Source of the DNA: an uncultured Actinomycetes bacterium | GTDB lineage: Bacteria; Actinomycetota; Acidimicrobiia; IMCC26256; DASPTH01 | Direction: 5' to 3' | Assembly (NCBI GenBank): GCA_963775795.1 | Contig: CAVZKC010000004.1 | Location: 722,613 to 786,612 of the forward strand | DNA: 64,000 nucleotides | Shown here: positions 10,587 to 20,696 of the stretch, one piece after another | How positions within the stretch are numbered: the stretch's first letter is position 1 | Layout of the letters: the number at the start of each line of letters is the position of its first letter | Notes under the pieces: model-generated | Told to the model about the DNA's origin: nothing | The model's database searches: none | The model's input: only the letters and a program-made list of their open reading frames with translations | Program-made: the position numbers and the translations under genes

Positions 10587-11790
10587 TCAGGAGCGGCGGA
10601 GGACGTGGGGGCCGAGCTCGGCGACGGAACGCGCGCCGAGGAGCGCCATGGTGCGCCGGACCTCGCCGTCGAGGATCTCGATCGCCCGGGCGACACCGCG
10701 CTCGCCCGCGGCGCCCAGACCGTAGAGGTACGCACGACCCACCATCGCCGCCTTGGCGCCGAGCGCGAGGGCGGTGACGACGTCGCTGCCGCGCCGAATG
10801 CCGCCGTCGAAGAGCACGTCCACGCGGTCGCCCACCGCTTCCACGATCTCGGGCAGCACGTCGAGCGTGGCGGGAGCCCGGTCGAGCTGGCGGCCGCCGT
10901 GGTTCGACACGACCACGCCGGCCACGCCCACGTCAGCTGCCTGCCGGGCGTCGGTGGCGGACATGATCCCCTTCAGCAGCATCGGACCGTCCCACTGCTC
11001 GAGCATCCACTCCACGTCGGACCACTCGACGCTCGGGTCGAACATCTGGTGGATCTGCTCCATCACGCTGACGGGCGCGGTCGGACCGATGGTCACGTTG
11101 GCGAACGAGACCGGCTCGGAGGTGAGGAAGCGCCACGACCACGTCGGGTGCAACACGCCGTTCAGCAGCGTGCGCGGCGACGGCGCAGGCGGAATTGTGA
11201 ATCCACTCCGCAGGTCACGCTCGCGCGCCCCGGACACCGGCACGTCGACGGTGAGCACCAGCACGTCGTAGCCCGCCGCGCGAGCGCGCTCAATGAGCTC
11301 CTTGGAGATCTCCCGATCGCGAGCGACGTAGAGCTGGAACCAACGCGTTCCGGTGGGCGCAACAGTCGCGACGTCCTCGATGGAGGTCGTAGCGACGGTG
11401 GAGAGCGTGTACGGAACACCGGCCGCGGCGGCCGCCCGTGCGACCGCCGACTCGCCCTCGAAGTGCACGAGACGCGAGAACCCCGTCGGCGCCAGCGCGA
11501 ACCCCGCCGGCGAGCCGCGCACCCAGCATCGCGGTCGACGGGTCGACCGCGTCGACGTCGACGAGGACCCTCGACACGAGCTCGACTCGGCGGAAGGCGT
11601 CGACGTTGCGGGCAAGCGTGATCTCGTCCTCCGAGCCGCCGTCCATGTAGCCGAACACGGCACGCGGCACCCGCCGCCGGGCCGCGCGGCGAAGGTCTTC
11701 GACGGTGTACGCGGAGGCGAGTGCCCGGTCGTCGGAGCGCACGGGCGGCACCTTCACCCGGAACAGCTCCCGCACTTCGCGCGCTCGCAT
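10587..11790 (-). pseudogene. FMN-dependent alpha-hydroxy-acid oxidase/dehydrogenase (LldD / lactate oxidase family), frame-disrupted as assembled
   Basis: The N-terminus starts at ATG 11790 (AGGAG upstream) in track ORF 11290..11850: RRRVPRAVFGYMDGGSEDEITLARN. The rest is in ORF 10587..11663: FALAPTGFSRLVHFEGESAVARAAAAAGVPYTLST, VVVSNHGGRQLD, DGGIRRGSDV. The frames meet at the C4/G4 run 11502-11505. Confidence 0.8.
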
Positions 11791-12044
11791 CGGCGTGCTC
11801 CTACTCGTCCCGCTCGCCCGGTTGCAACATCGGAATCGCGTCACCCACATCGACCACGCCCTTCATGACGAAACGGTAGTGGTGCGGACCGTCGTGTGAC
11901 GCCGCCGTCACTCCCGGACGATTGCGTCCGTCGGCGGAGACCCGGCCCGAAGGGCCACGCCGGAGCCGAAGGCGGAGGCGTGCAGGGGCTCCGCGGAGCA
12001 AGGACGCAGTCCGGGAGTGCAACAGCGGCGCACACGGCGGAACG

Positions 12045-12794
12045 TCAGGGCAGCGTGAGGATCTCGGGACCGTGCTCGGTCACCGCGACCGTGTGCTCGA
12101 AGTGCGCCGAGCGGGAGCCGTCGCGGGTGACGACCGTCCACCCGTCGTCGAGCACGTCGGTCTCGGGCCCGCCCGCGTTCACCATCGGCTCGATGGCGAG
12201 CACGTGCCCGGTCTTGAGGCGCATGCCGCGCCCCGCGGGCCCGTAGTTCGGCACCTCGGGCGGTTCGTGCATGGCGGTCCCGATCCCGTGGCCGACGTAC
12301 TCACGCACGACGCTGAACCCGGCGGACTCGGCGAACCCCTCCACCGCGGCGCCCACGTCGCCCAGGCGGCCGCCTTCTTCGACCGCGGCGATGGCCGCCT
12401 CCAGCGACTGCCGCGTGACCTCGAGCAATCGCGTCGACTCCGTGTCGATCTCGCCGATCGGGATCGTGACGGCGGCGTCCGCGTGCCACCCCTCGACGAT
12501 CGCGCCACAATCGAGGGAGAGCACGTCGCCGTCGGCCAGCACGACGTCGTCACGCGGGATCCCGTGCACGACCACGCGGTTGGGAGACGTGCACACGACC
12601 GCCGGGAAGCCGTGGTACCCGAGAAAGTTCGAACGAGCACCCCGCCGCTCCAGCACCCCGCGGGCGACCCGGTCGATCTCGGCCGTCGTCGTTCCTGGTC
12701 GGGCCGCGCCCGTGCACACCTCGTGCATCTCGGCGACGATCCGCCCCGCGCGGCGCATCAGCGCGAGCTGCGCGGCGCTCTTGCGCGTGACCAC
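12045..12794 (-). CDS. map: type I methionine aminopeptidase
   Basis: Last 249 codons of track ORF 12045..13079. GTG 12794 lies 8 nt after the adk stop. Motifs: FLGYHGFPAVVCTSPNRVVVHGIP, LSLDCGAIVEGWHADAA, VREYVGHGIG, VLAIEPMV. Confidence 0.92.
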   Translation of the reverse strand: MVTRKSAAQLALMRRAGRIVAEMHEVCTGAARPGTTTAEIDRVARGVLERRGARSNFLGYHGFPAVVCTSPNRVVVHGIPRDDVVLADGDVLSLDCGAIVEGWHADAAVTIPIGEIDTESTRLLEVTRQSLEAAIAAVEEGGRLGDVGAAVEGFAESAGFSVVREYVGHGIGTAMHEPPEVPNYGPAGRGMRLKTGHVLAIEPMVNAGGPETDVLDDGWTVVTRDGSRSAHFEHTVAVTEHGPEILTLP

Positions 12795-12802
12795 CGCGTC
12801 CG

Positions 12803-13477
12803 TCAGGCGGGGTCGAGACGCACGTGACTGTCGATCGCGTCGACGAGGCGCTTGAACACGTCGTCGCCGCCGCCCACGCCGTTGACGCACACGAGCATGC
12901 CCTGGTCGCGGTAGAAGTCGATGATCGGCACCGTGACCTCTTCGTACAGCTCGAGGCGCCGCGTCACCGCCTCCTCGGTGTCGTCGTCGCGCTGGACGAC
13001 CTCGCCGCCGCAGTTGTCGCACGTCCAGTTCTGCTGGGGGCGCATGTTGACGTGGTAGTTGGTGCCGCACTGGACACACACGCGACGCCCGGCGATGCGG
13101 TCGAGGACGATCTCTGTGGGCACGTCGAGGTCGAGGACGAGGTCGAGGGGATGGGTGGTGAGGACCTGCTGCAGCTCGATCGCTTGCGGGAGCGTGCGGG
13201 GGAACCCGTCGAGCACGAAGCCGTCGACGAGCGGACCACCCTCGCCGAAGCGTTCGTCGACCAGGCGGATCACGGTGTCGTCTGGGACCAGCTCGCCGGC
13301 GTCCATGAAGGCCTTGGCCTCGAGCCCTGCAGGCGTGCCTTCGAGGGCCGAGGCGCGGAACATCTCACCGGTCGACATGTGCACGACGCCGTAGTACTCC
13401 GCGAGCCGCGCGGCTTGCGTGCCCTTCCCAGCGCCCTGTTTGCCGAGCAGCACGATACGTGGACCGGAAGCACCCAT
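12803..13477 (-). CDS. adk: adenylate kinase (Cys4 zinc lid)
   Basis: Track ORF of 224 aa. P-loop IVLLGKQGAGKGTQ. Lid sequence RRVCVQCGTNYH...CDNCGGEVVQRDDD. Confidence 0.95.
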   Translation of the reverse strand: MGASGPRIVLLGKQGAGKGTQAARLAEYYGVVHMSTGEMFRASALEGTPAGLEAKAFMDAGELVPDDTVIRLVDERFGEGGPLVDGFVLDGFPRTLPQAIELQQVLTTHPLDLVLDLDVPTEIVLDRIAGRRVCVQCGTNYHVNMRPQQNWTCDNCGGEVVQRDDDTEEAVTRRLELYEEVTVPIIDFYRDQGMLVCVNGVGGGDDVFKRLVDAIDSHVRLDPA

Positions 13478-13480
13478 GCG

Positions 13481-14788
13481 TCAGGCCAGGAACCCTTCGT
13501 AGTTGCGCATCATCAGTTGGCTGTCGATCTGCTTCATGGTTTCCAGCGCGACGCCGACGGTGATGAGCAGTGCGGTGCCGCCGAACGGGAACTGGCGGAT
13601 GCCCCAGAGCGCCACCACGAGCTGCGGCGTGATCGCGATCGCGGCCAGGAACAGCGACCCCGGCAACGTGATGCGGTTGAGCACCTTGGCCAGATACCGC
13701 TCGGTCGGCGGCCCAGGTCGGATACCGGGGATGAACCCGCCCTGTTTGCGGATGACGTCGGCCTGTTGCTGCGGGTTGAACGCGATCGCGGTGTAGAAGT
13801 ACGCGAAGAAGATGATCAGCAGGGTGAACAGCCCGATGTACCACCAGCCCTGGTTGTTCACCAGGTTGTCGTTGATCCATCGCTGGACGCCGGTGGCGCT
13901 GGTGCCGAGCGCGGAGGCGATGAGCGCCGGAAACGCGAGAATCGAGCTCGCGAAGATCACGGGGATCACGCCCGACTGGTTGACCTTCAGCGGGATGTAG
14001 GTGCTCTGGCCGCCGTACATGCGGCGGCCCACGACGCGTTTCGCGAATTGCACGGGTATTCGCCGCTGACCCGACTCGATGAACACGATGCCCACGATCA
14101 TCCCGATCCCGATCGCGATCATCACGAAGAACTGGATCTTGCTGCCCTCGGTGTAGAGCGTGGAGCCTTGGGCGGGCAGCCGCGAGACCACCGACGCGAA
14201 GATGATGATCGACATCCCGTTGCCGATCCCGCGTTGGGTGATGAGCTCGCCCAGCCACATCACCACGGCGGTGCCGGCAGTCCAGGTGAGCACGATCAGG
14301 GCCGCGCGGCCGGCGCTGAAGTCGGGGATCAGGTTCCGTCCCTGGAACCCCGCGAAGCCCAGGATGCTGTTTCGGCCCGCCTTCAGGGCGAAGACGAACC
14401 CCGTCGACTGGATGAGCGCCAGCCCGATGGTGACGTAGCGGGTCCACTGGGTGATCTTCTTCTGCCCGACCTGGCCTTCCTGCTGCCACTGCTCGAGCTT
14501 CGGGATCACGACCCCGAGAAGCTGCATGATGATCGACGCCGTGATGTACGGCATGATCCCGAGGAAGAAGACCGACACGTTGGTGATCGCGCCGCCGGAG
14601 AAGAGGTCGAGGAGACCCACCACGCCGCTGTTGTTGGCCTGGTCCTGAAGATCCTTGATCGCCGAGAAGTCGACGTAGGGCACCGGGATGTGTGCGCCCA
14701 ACCGGTACACCGCGATGATCGCGAGCGTGAAGAAGATCTTGTTGCGGAGATCCGGTACCCGGAACATGTTCCGCAAGCGGGACAACAT
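13481..14788 (-). CDS. secY: preprotein translocase subunit SecY
   Basis: Track ORF of 435 aa with LGIMPYITASIIMQLL and ten predicted TM segments. It lies between rplO and adk. Confidence 0.97.
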   Translation of the reverse strand: MLSRLRNMFRVPDLRNKIFFTLAIIAVYRLGAHIPVPYVDFSAIKDLQDQANNSGVVGLLDLFSGGAITNVSVFFLGIMPYITASIIMQLLGVVIPKLEQWQQEGQVGQKKITQWTRYVTIGLALIQSTGFVFALKAGRNSILGFAGFQGRNLIPDFSAGRAALIVLTWTAGTAVVMWLGELITQRGIGNGMSIIIFASVVSRLPAQGSTLYTEGSKIQFFVMIAIGIGMIVGIVFIESGQRRIPVQFAKRVVGRRMYGGQSTYIPLKVNQSGVIPVIFASSILAFPALIASALGTSATGVQRWINDNLVNNQGWWYIGLFTLLIIFFAYFYTAIAFNPQQQADVIRKQGGFIPGIRPGPPTERYLAKVLNRITLPGSLFLAAIAITPQLVVALWGIRQFPFGGTALLITVGVALETMKQIDSQLMMRNYEGFLA

Positions 14789-14845
14789 GGTGCCGGTCTC
14801 CTCTCCGATCCTCGGGTCCGGCCTCCCAAGGGGAGGGCGCGCAGC

Positions 14846-15337
14846 TTACCGGTTCGTCAGCGCATTTCCCCGAGCCGGTGGGCGCCCGTCACCCCATGGC
14901 GCAGGGATCGTCTCGACGTGCCCGCCGGCGGCCTCGATGGCATCTGTTGCACTCTTCGAGAATGCGTGCGCGCGGACCGTGAGTGCTTTCGTGAGCTCAC
15001 CCCGACCGAGAACTTTGACCAGTCCGCGCTTGGCGACGAGCCCGTGCGTGCGCAGGACACCGGGGTCGACGACCGTGCCGGCGTCGAGGCTTTCGAGGGT
15101 GTCGAGGTTCACCACCAGGTATTCCACGCGGAAGGGGTTCTTGAACCCCTTGGCCTTCGGGGTGCGACGGTGCAGTGGCGTCTGCCCACCTTCGAAGCGG
15201 GGCGAGATGTTGCCCCGGGCGCCCTGACCCTTGCTGCCCCGACCGGCGGTCTTGCCGCCCTTGCCCGCGATGCCGCGGCCCACGCGGCGGCGGGGGGTCT
15301 TCGACCCGGGGGGTGGAGCGAGATCGTGGATCTTCAT
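14846..15337 (-). CDS. rplO: 50S ribosomal protein uL15
   Basis: Track ORF of 163 aa with RRRVGRGIAGKGGKTAGRGSKGQGARG and FEGGQTPLHRRTPK. Confidence 0.95.
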   Translation of the reverse strand: MKIHDLAPPPGSKTPRRRVGRGIAGKGGKTAGRGSKGQGARGNISPRFEGGQTPLHRRTPKAKGFKNPFRVEYLVVNLDTLESLDAGTVVDPGVLRTHGLVAKRGLVKVLGRGELTKALTVRAHAFSKSATDAIEAAGGHVETIPAPWGDGRPPARGNALTNR

Positions 15338-15338
15338 G

Positions 15339-15521
15339 TCAGACCTCTTCGACGCGCACGAGGTGCGGTACTCGCGCGATCATGCCGCGGATCTCGGGAC
15401 GGTCCGCGTGCTCGACGGTGTGGTTGATGCGACGGAGCCCGAGCGCGCGCAGCGTGCCGCGTTGCTTCGGCTTGCTGCCGATCGTGGAGCGGATCTGTGT
15501 CACCCGCAAGGTCGCGGTCAT
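15339..15521 (-). CDS. rpmD: 50S ribosomal protein uL30
   Basis: Track ORF of 60 aa with [32 protein letters not shown]. Confidence 0.93.
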   Translation of the reverse strand: MTATLRVTQIRSTIGSKPKQRGTLRALGLRRINHTVEHADRPEIRGMIARVPHLVRVEEV

Positions 15522-16069
15522 CGGACCACCTCGGGCGTGTCGTTCTTGCGACCCTGGCGCTCCCGATAGGCGCGGAGCATCCCCACGGTCGACACCTCTT
15601 CGGGCGACTTCCCGCGCAGCCGAGCGACCTCGTCCGGTCGCCGCAGCTCGCGGAGTCCCTTGATGGTCGCCCGGGACACGTTGATGGCGTTGGCGGAGCC
15701 GAGCGACTTGGCGAGCACGTCGTGGACGCCGGCCGCCTCGAGGATCGCCCGTGCCGCCCCACCCGCGATCACGCCGGTACCGGGCGCCGCGGGCTTCAGC
15801 AGCACGCGGGCCGCGTCGTGCTCGCCGATGATGGTGTGGGTGATGGTGTCGCCCGCAAGCGGCACGCTGAAGAGGTTCTTGCGCGCCTCTTCCATGCCCT
15901 TCTGGATCGCGGCCGGCACCTCCTTGGCCTTGCCGTAGCCCAGCCCGACGTTGCCGGCGCCGTCACCGACGACGACGAGCGCGGTGAAGGAGAACCGCCG
16001 GCCGCCCTTCACGACCTTGGCGACCCGGTTGATGGTGATGACTCGCTCTTCGAGCTGGCCCTCGGCCAT
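15518..16069 (-). CDS. rpsE: 30S ribosomal protein uS5
   Basis: Track ORF of 183 aa with [46 protein letters not shown]. Confidence 0.96.
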   Translation of the reverse strand: MAEGQLEERVITINRVAKVVKGGRRFSFTALVVVGDGAGNVGLGYGKAKEVPAAIQKGMEEARKNLFSVPLAGDTITHTIIGEHDAARVLLKPAAPGTGVIAGGAARAILEAAGVHDVLAKSLGSANAINVSRATIKGLRELRRPDEVARLRGKSPEEVSTVGMLRAYRERQGRKNDTPEVVR

Positions 16070-16086
16070 GGTTCTCCTCGTTCCTG

Positions 16087-16434
16087 CTAGAGCGTGAGAC
16101 CGGCTTCGCGGGCCCCGTCGGCGACGGCAGCGACCCGGCCGTGGTAGCGGAAGCCGCCACGGTCGAACACGACGGTCTCGATGCCGGCGCCCTTCGCGCG
16201 CTCGCCGACCAGCTTTCCGATCTGCTTCGCCGCGTCGACCGTCGCGGTCGGACCGGAGAACGACTGCTCGGCGGTGGACGCCGACGCGACGGTTCGACCG
16301 TTGACGTCGTCGATCACCTGCGCGTAGATCTGGCGGTTCGAACGGAACACCGACAGGCGCGGCCGTGCCGCCGTACCCCGAACCTTCTTCCGGACCCGGC
16401 GGTGTCGCCGGTTGCGTGCCACTTGCTTCTGCAT
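16087..16434 (-). CDS. rplR: 50S ribosomal protein uL18
   Basis: Track ORF of 115 aa with [20 protein letters not shown] and [26 protein letters not shown]. Confidence 0.95.
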   Translation of the reverse strand: MQKQVARNRRHRRVRKKVRGTAARPRLSVFRSNRQIYAQVIDDVNGRTVASASTAEQSFSGPTATVDAAKQIGKLVGERAKGAGIETVVFDRGGFRYHGRVAAVADGAREAGLTL

Positions 16435-16441
16435 CAGACCC

Positions 16442-16981
16442 TCACTTCGCCGACTTGCCGGCCTTGCGCAGCACGCGCTCGTCGGCGTAGCGGATTCCCT
16501 TGCCCTTGTAGGGCTCTGGTTTGCGGAGCTTGCGGATGTCGGCCGCGACCTGCCCGACGGCCTGCTTGTCGAACCCCCGCACCGCGATGCGCGTCGGCGC
16601 CGGTACCTCGAACTCGATCCCCTCCGGAGCCTCGAAGGTGATGGGATGGGAGTAGCCGAGCTGGAGCTCCAAGCGGGACGGTCCCGCCGCGGCGGCCCGG
16701 TATCCCACGCCCACGATCTCCAGCTCGCGCACGAAGCCCTCCGACACGCCGGTGACCATGTTGGCCACGAGCGAGCGCGTGAGGCCGTGCAACGCCCGGT
16801 TGTCGCGTTCGTCGTCGGGACGCGTCACGACGATCTCGTCGCCTTCACGCGCGACGGTGATCGCCTCGGGTGTGTCGTGCTCGAGCGTTCCCTTCGGTCC
16901 CTTGACCGTGATGTGGGTGCCGTCGATCGTGACCTCGACGCCGCTCGGTACGGGGATGGGCTGTTTGCCGATACGGGACAT
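16442..16981 (-). CDS. rplF: 50S ribosomal protein uL6
   Basis: Track ORF of 179 aa with [21 protein letters not shown] and [13 protein letters not shown]. Confidence 0.96.
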   Translation of the reverse strand: MSRIGKQPIPVPSGVEVTIDGTHITVKGPKGTLEHDTPEAITVAREGDEIVVTRPDDERDNRALHGLTRSLVANMVTGVSEGFVRELEIVGVGYRAAAAGPSRLELQLGYSHPITFEAPEGIEFEVPAPTRIAVRGFDKQAVGQVAADIRKLRKPEPYKGKGIRYADERVLRKAGKSAK

Positions 16982-16993
16982 CGAAATGCTCCC

Positions 16994-17395
16994 TTACCAG
17001 ACCTGGCAGAGGACCTCGCCGCCCATGCGACGCTGGCGCGCCTCACGGTCGGTCATGAGACCCTGGTTCGTCGAGAGGATGGAGATGCCCATGCCGCCGA
17101 GGACACGCGGCACCGTTTCGGCCTTCGAGTACACGCGCAGACCCGGCTTGGACACACGCCGGAGGCCGGAGATCGTGCGCTTCCGGTCGGGCGTGTACTT
17201 GAGCACGATCTTGAGCTGACGGCCCGGACGGGCGGAGTCGTTCTGCACGTCGAAGCCGGTGATGTAGCCCTCACGCTGGAGGATTCCGGCGAGCGCCTCC
17301 TTCAGCTTCGACGACGGCATGAGCACCTCGTCGTGGAACGCAGTGTTTGCGTTCCGCAAGCGCGTGAGCATGTCGGCGATCGGGTCGGTCATCAT
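16994..17395 (-). CDS. rpsH: 30S ribosomal protein uS8
   Basis: ATG 17395 lies inside track ORF 16994..17539, with AAGGGGAG upstream. [24 protein letters not shown] is present. Confidence 0.95.
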   Translation of the reverse strand: MMTDPIADMLTRLRNANTAFHDEVLMPSSKLKEALAGILQREGYITGFDVQNDSARPGRQLKIVLKYTPDRKRTISGLRRVSKPGLRVYSKAETVPRVLGGMGISILSTNQGLMTDREARQRRMGGEVLCQVW

Positions 17396-17408
17396 GGCCG
17401 CTCCCCTT

Positions 17409-17594
17409 TCACCAGGACGCCTTCGTGACGCCGGGGACTTCCCCGGCGTGCACCATCTCGCGCAGGCAGATGCGGCACAACGTGAAGTCGCGGTACACCG
17501 AGCGCGCCCGACCGCAGCGCTTGCACCGCGTGTACTCACGCACCTTGTACTTCGCCTTGCGCTGCTGCTTCTGGACCAGAGCGGTCTTCGCCAT
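17409..17594 (-). CDS. rpsN: 30S ribosomal protein uS14, short zinc-binding (type Z) form
   Basis: Track ORF of 61 aa. It has CxxC...CxxC ([20 protein letters not shown]) and ends in TKASW. Confidence 0.93.
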   Translation of the reverse strand: MAKTALVQKQQRKAKYKVREYTRCKRCGRARSVYRDFTLCRICLREMVHAGEVPGVTKASW

Positions 17595-17596
17595 CT

Positions 17597-18169
17597 CTAT
17601 TGCTCCTCACGGCGGAACGGGAAGCCGAGGGCACGCAGGAGTGCGCGCCCGTCGTCGTCGGTCGCGGCACTCGTCACGATGGTGATGTCCATGCCGCGGA
17701 CCGTGTCGATCTTGTCGTAGTCGATCTCCGGGAAGATCAGCTGCTCGGTGACGCCGAACGTGTAGTTGCCGCGACCGTCGAACGACCGGGGGTTGAGGCC
17801 GCGGAAGTCTCGGATGCGCGGGATCGCGATGCTCACCAACCGGTCGTAGAACTCCCACATGCGAGCGCCGCGCAGCGTGACCTTCGCACCGATGGCGTTG
17901 CCCTCGCGCAGCTTGAAGCCCGCGATCGACTTCTTCGCGCGCGTGATCAACGGCTTCTGGCCGGTGATGAGTGCGAGGTCGGCGACCGCACCGTCGAGCA
18001 GCGATTGTTGCTGCGTCGCCTGGCCGACGCCGCAGTTGAGCACGATCTTCTCGAGCCGGGGCACCTCGAGGACGTTCCCCAGCCCGAGCTCCTGTTGCAG
18101 CGTGGGACGGATCTGCTCCACGTACCGCTCTTGCAGGCGCGGCCGCTCGGTGGTCGCTCGCGGGCTCAC
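17597..18169 (-). CDS. rplE: 50S ribosomal protein uL5
   Basis: Track ORF 17597..18184. The preferred start is GTG 18169-18167, overlapping the rplX stop (GTGA). ATG 18184 is an alternative. [20 protein letters not shown] and [12 protein letters not shown]-type motifs are present. Confidence 0.92.
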   Translation of the reverse strand: MSPRATTERPRLQERYVEQIRPTLQQELGLGNVLEVPRLEKIVLNCGVGQATQQQSLLDGAVADLALITGQKPLITRAKKSIAGFKLREGNAIGAKVTLRGARMWEFYDRLVSIAIPRIRDFRGLNPRSFDGRGNYTFGVTEQLIFPEIDYDKIDTVRGMDITIVTSAATDDDGRALLRALGFPFRREEQ

Positions 18170-18480
18170 AGCACTGCTCCGCACTTGCGGCAGACCCGCG
18201 TCTTCGTCCCGTCGGCGTCGACTCGATAGCCCGCCTTCACGGGGCCGTCCTTGCTGCAGACGAGCATCAGGTTGGAGACGTGGATCGGCATCGCCTTGTC
18301 CTGGATGCCGCCCTGCATCGTGGCGCGCGTGGGCTTCTGGTGCTTCTTGGACACGTTGATGCCCTCGGCGCTCTCCACCACGACCATGTTCCGTTCGGGG
18401 ATGACACGAGAGACCTCGCCGGTCTTGCCGATGTCCTTCCCCTGGATCACTTGGACCCGGTCACCCTTCTTCAACCTCAT
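18166..18480 (-). CDS. rplX: 50S ribosomal protein uL24
   Basis: C-terminal part of track ORF 18166..18798. It starts at ATG 18480 (or GTG 18486). [23 protein letters not shown] is present. Confidence 0.92.
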   Translation of the reverse strand: MRLKKGDRVQVIQGKDIGKTGEVSRVIPERNMVVVESAEGINVSKKHQKPTRATMQGGIQDKAMPIHVSNLMLVCSKDGPVKAGYRVDADGTKTRVCRKCGAVL

Positions 18481-18488
18481 CTTCACGC

Positions 18489-18857
18489 TCACAGCACCTC
18501 CGGCGCGAGTGAGACGATGCGCATGAAGCGCCGATCGCGCAGCTCCCGGCCCACGGGACCGAAGATGCGAGTGCCGCGCGGCTGCAGCTGCTCGTTGATG
18601 AGCACCGCGGCGTTCTCGTCGAAACGGATGTAGCTCCCGTCGGGCCGCCGGCGTTCCTTCTTCGTGCGCACCACGACGCAGCGCACGACGTCGCCCTTTT
18701 TCACCGCCGCGCCCGGTACCGCGTCCTTCACCGTCGCGACGAAGATGTCGCCGATGCCCGCGTAGCGACGGCGCGTGCCACCGAGCACCTTGATGCACAG
18801 CACCTCGCGTGCACCCGAGTTGTCCGCCACCTTGAGGCGCGACTCTTGTTGAATCAT
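18489..18857 (-). CDS. rplN: 50S ribosomal protein uL14
   Basis: Track ORF of 122 aa with [27 protein letters not shown]. Confidence 0.97.
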   Translation of the reverse strand: MIQQESRLKVADNSGAREVLCIKVLGGTRRRYAGIGDIFVATVKDAVPGAAVKKGDVVRCVVVRTKKERRRPDGSYIRFDENAAVLINEQLQPRGTRIFGPVGRELRDRRFMRIVSLAPEVL

Positions 18858-19132
18858 CGTGCTCTCTCGAGTACCTCGATGACGCGCCAGTGCTTCAGCT
18901 TGGACAGCCGGCGAGTCTCGGCAACCCGCACGCGGTCGCCTTCCTTCACGTCGTTGGCTTCGTCGTGCGCGTAGAAGTGGTGCGTCCGCTGCATGGTCTT
19001 GCCGTAGCGGCGGTGCCGGACGCGGTCCACCACTGCAACAACCACGGTCTTGTCCATCTTGGTGGAGACCACGATCCCCTCCCGAACCTTGCGGCGGGTG
19101 GTGCGTTGCTCCTGCTTGTCGTCGTCGGCCAC
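18854..19132 (-). CDS. rpsQ: 30S ribosomal protein uS17
   Basis: Track ORF of 92 aa with [35 protein letters not shown] and SKLKHWRV. Confidence 0.95.
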   Translation of the reverse strand: MADDDKQEQRTTRRKVREGIVVSTKMDKTVVVAVVDRVRHRRYGKTMQRTHHFYAHDEANDVKEGDRVRVAETRRLSKLKHWRVIEVLERAR

Positions 19133-19135
19133 CAG

Positions 19136-19348
19136 TTACTCCTGTTCCTCAGCCGCGACGATCTCGCGCTCGCGCAGCAGCGTCTCGATCCGGGCGACTT
19201 CGCGGCGCATCTGGGGAAGCCGCGTGATGTTGTCGAGCTGTCCGGTCGCGTTCTGGAAGCGGAGGTTGAACAGCTCTTCCTTCGCCTCACCCAAACGGTG
19301 CTCGAGCTCGGTGTCGTTGAGCTCACGGAGCTCGGTTGCCCTCGTCAT
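19136..19348 (-). CDS. rpmC: 50S ribosomal protein uL29
   Basis: Track ORF of 70 aa with [33 protein letters not shown]. Confidence 0.93.
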   Translation of the reverse strand: MTRATELRELNDTELEHRLGEAKEELFNLRFQNATGQLDNITRLPQMRREVARIETLLREREIVAAEEQE

Positions 19349-19352
19349 CGTC

Positions 19353-19769
19353 CTATCCCTCGTCGTGGCGCACGATGAAGCGCGTCTTGATGGGGAGCTT
19401 GTGCATCGCGAGCCGCATCGCCTCTCGCGCGGTCGGCTCGGGCACGCCGGAGAGCTCGAACATGACGCGACCCGGCTTCACGACCGCGACCCAGTGCTCC
19501 GGGTTGCCCTTGCCCGAGCCCATGCGCGTCTCCGCCGGCTTCTGGGTCACGGGCTTGTCGGGGAAGATGTTGATCCACACCTTCCCGCCGCGCTTGATGT
19601 AGCGGGTCATCGCGATACGGGCGGCTTCGATCTGGCGGTTCGTGATCCACCCCGGCTCCAGGGCCTGGATGCCGAAGTCGCCGAACGTCACCCGCGTGCC
19701 ACCCTTCGACAGCCCGGTCATGCGACCCCGGTGCGTCTTGCGGTGGCGGACCTTGCGAGGCATCAACAT
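19353..19769 (-). CDS. rplP: 50S ribosomal protein uL16
   Basis: Track ORF of 138 aa with [17 protein letters not shown] and [21 protein letters not shown]. Confidence 0.97.
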   Translation of the reverse strand: MLMPRKVRHRKTHRGRMTGLSKGGTRVTFGDFGIQALEPGWITNRQIEAARIAMTRYIKRGGKVWINIFPDKPVTQKPAETRMGSGKGNPEHWVAVVKPGRVMFELSGVPEPTAREAMRLAMHKLPIKTRFIVRHDEG

Positions 19770-19775
19770 GGTTCG

Positions 19776-20696
19776 TCAGTCCTCGTCCCCGTGGAACTTT
19801 GGAGCCTCGTGGTGCTGCCGCGTGCGGCGCTCGATCTCCTCTTCCTCGGCCAGGAGACGCTCCAGCTCGGGGTCGGCCTCCTTGACGAGCGGGCTCGACT
19901 CCTCGCCCACCTCGTCGGGCGCGGTCTCCACCGGCGCGGCCTCGGCTGCCGGGCGCCGCCGGCCCCCGCCGGCGCTGACGACCCGGCGCGTCGGGCCCTG
20001 GCCCGACGTCTCGCCGACCGCCATGGCGGCCTCCTTCGAGATCTTGTCCTCGGCCGCCGACTTGTAGGGCAGGATCTCGCCCTTGTAGATCCAGACCTTC
20101 ACGCCGATGCGTCCGAACGTCGTGCGCGCCTCTGCCTGGCCGTAGTCGATGTCGGCCCGCAGCGTGTGGAGTGGCACGCGGCCTTCGCGGTACCACTCCT
20201 TGCGTGACATCTCTGCGCCGCCGAGCCGTCCGCTGCACTGGACCCGGATGCCTTGCGCGCCGGCCTTCATCGCCGTCTGCACGGCACGCTTCATCGCCCG
20301 GCGGAACGAGACGCGCCCGGTCAGCTGGTCGGCGACCCCCTGCGCGATCAGGGTGGCGTCGAGCTCGGGCTGCTTGATCTCCTGGATGTTGAAGTGGATC
20401 TTCGGGTTCCCGGTGATCTTGAGCAACCCGGCCCGGAGGCGATCCGCCTCCGCGCCCCGCCGCCCAATCACGATCCCGGGCCGCGCGGTGTAAACGTCGA
20501 CCCGCAACCGGTCACGCGTGCGCTCGATCTCGACGCGGCTCACCGCGGCCCGCTCCAGCTGGCGCTTCAGGTAGTCGCGGATCTTCCAGTCCTCGATCAG
20601 GCTCGTGCGGTACTCGTCGTCCTCGGCGAACCAGCGCGACTTCCAGTCGGTGGTGATCCCGAGCCGGAAACCGTAGGGATTGACCTTCTGGCCCAT
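19776..20696 (-). CDS. rpsC: 30S ribosomal protein uS3 with a long acidic C-terminal extension
   Basis: ATG 20696 lies inside the 651-aa track ORF 19776..21731. [23 protein letters not shown] and [31 protein letters not shown] are present. About 90 extra residues end in [24 protein letters not shown]. Confidence 0.95.
   Translation of the reverse strand: MGQKVNPYGFRLGITTDWKSRWFAEDDEYRTSLIEDWKIRDYLKRQLERAAVSRVEIERTRDRLRVDVYTARPGIVIGRRGAEADRLRAGLLKITGNPKIHFNIQEIKQPELDATLIAQGVADQLTGRVSFRRAMKRAVQTAMKAGAQGIRVQCSGRLGGAEMSRKEWYREGRVPLHTLRADIDYGQAEARTTFGRIGVKVWIYKGEILPYKSAAEDKISKEAAMAVGETSGQGPTRRVVSAGGGRRRPAAEAAPVETAPDEVGEESSPLVKEADPELERLLAEEEEIERRTRQHHEAPKFHGDED

Noticed and set aside
11801-12022. 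A 73-aa minus-strand ORF in the map / lldD-like spacer (…HHYRFVMKGVVDVGDAIPMLQPGERDE).
   Set aside because: It has poor third-position GC (GAT, GGT, ATT, TTG, CAA), no recognisable family and no Shine-Dalgarno. The region is more likely a promoter or leader for the lldD-like gene.
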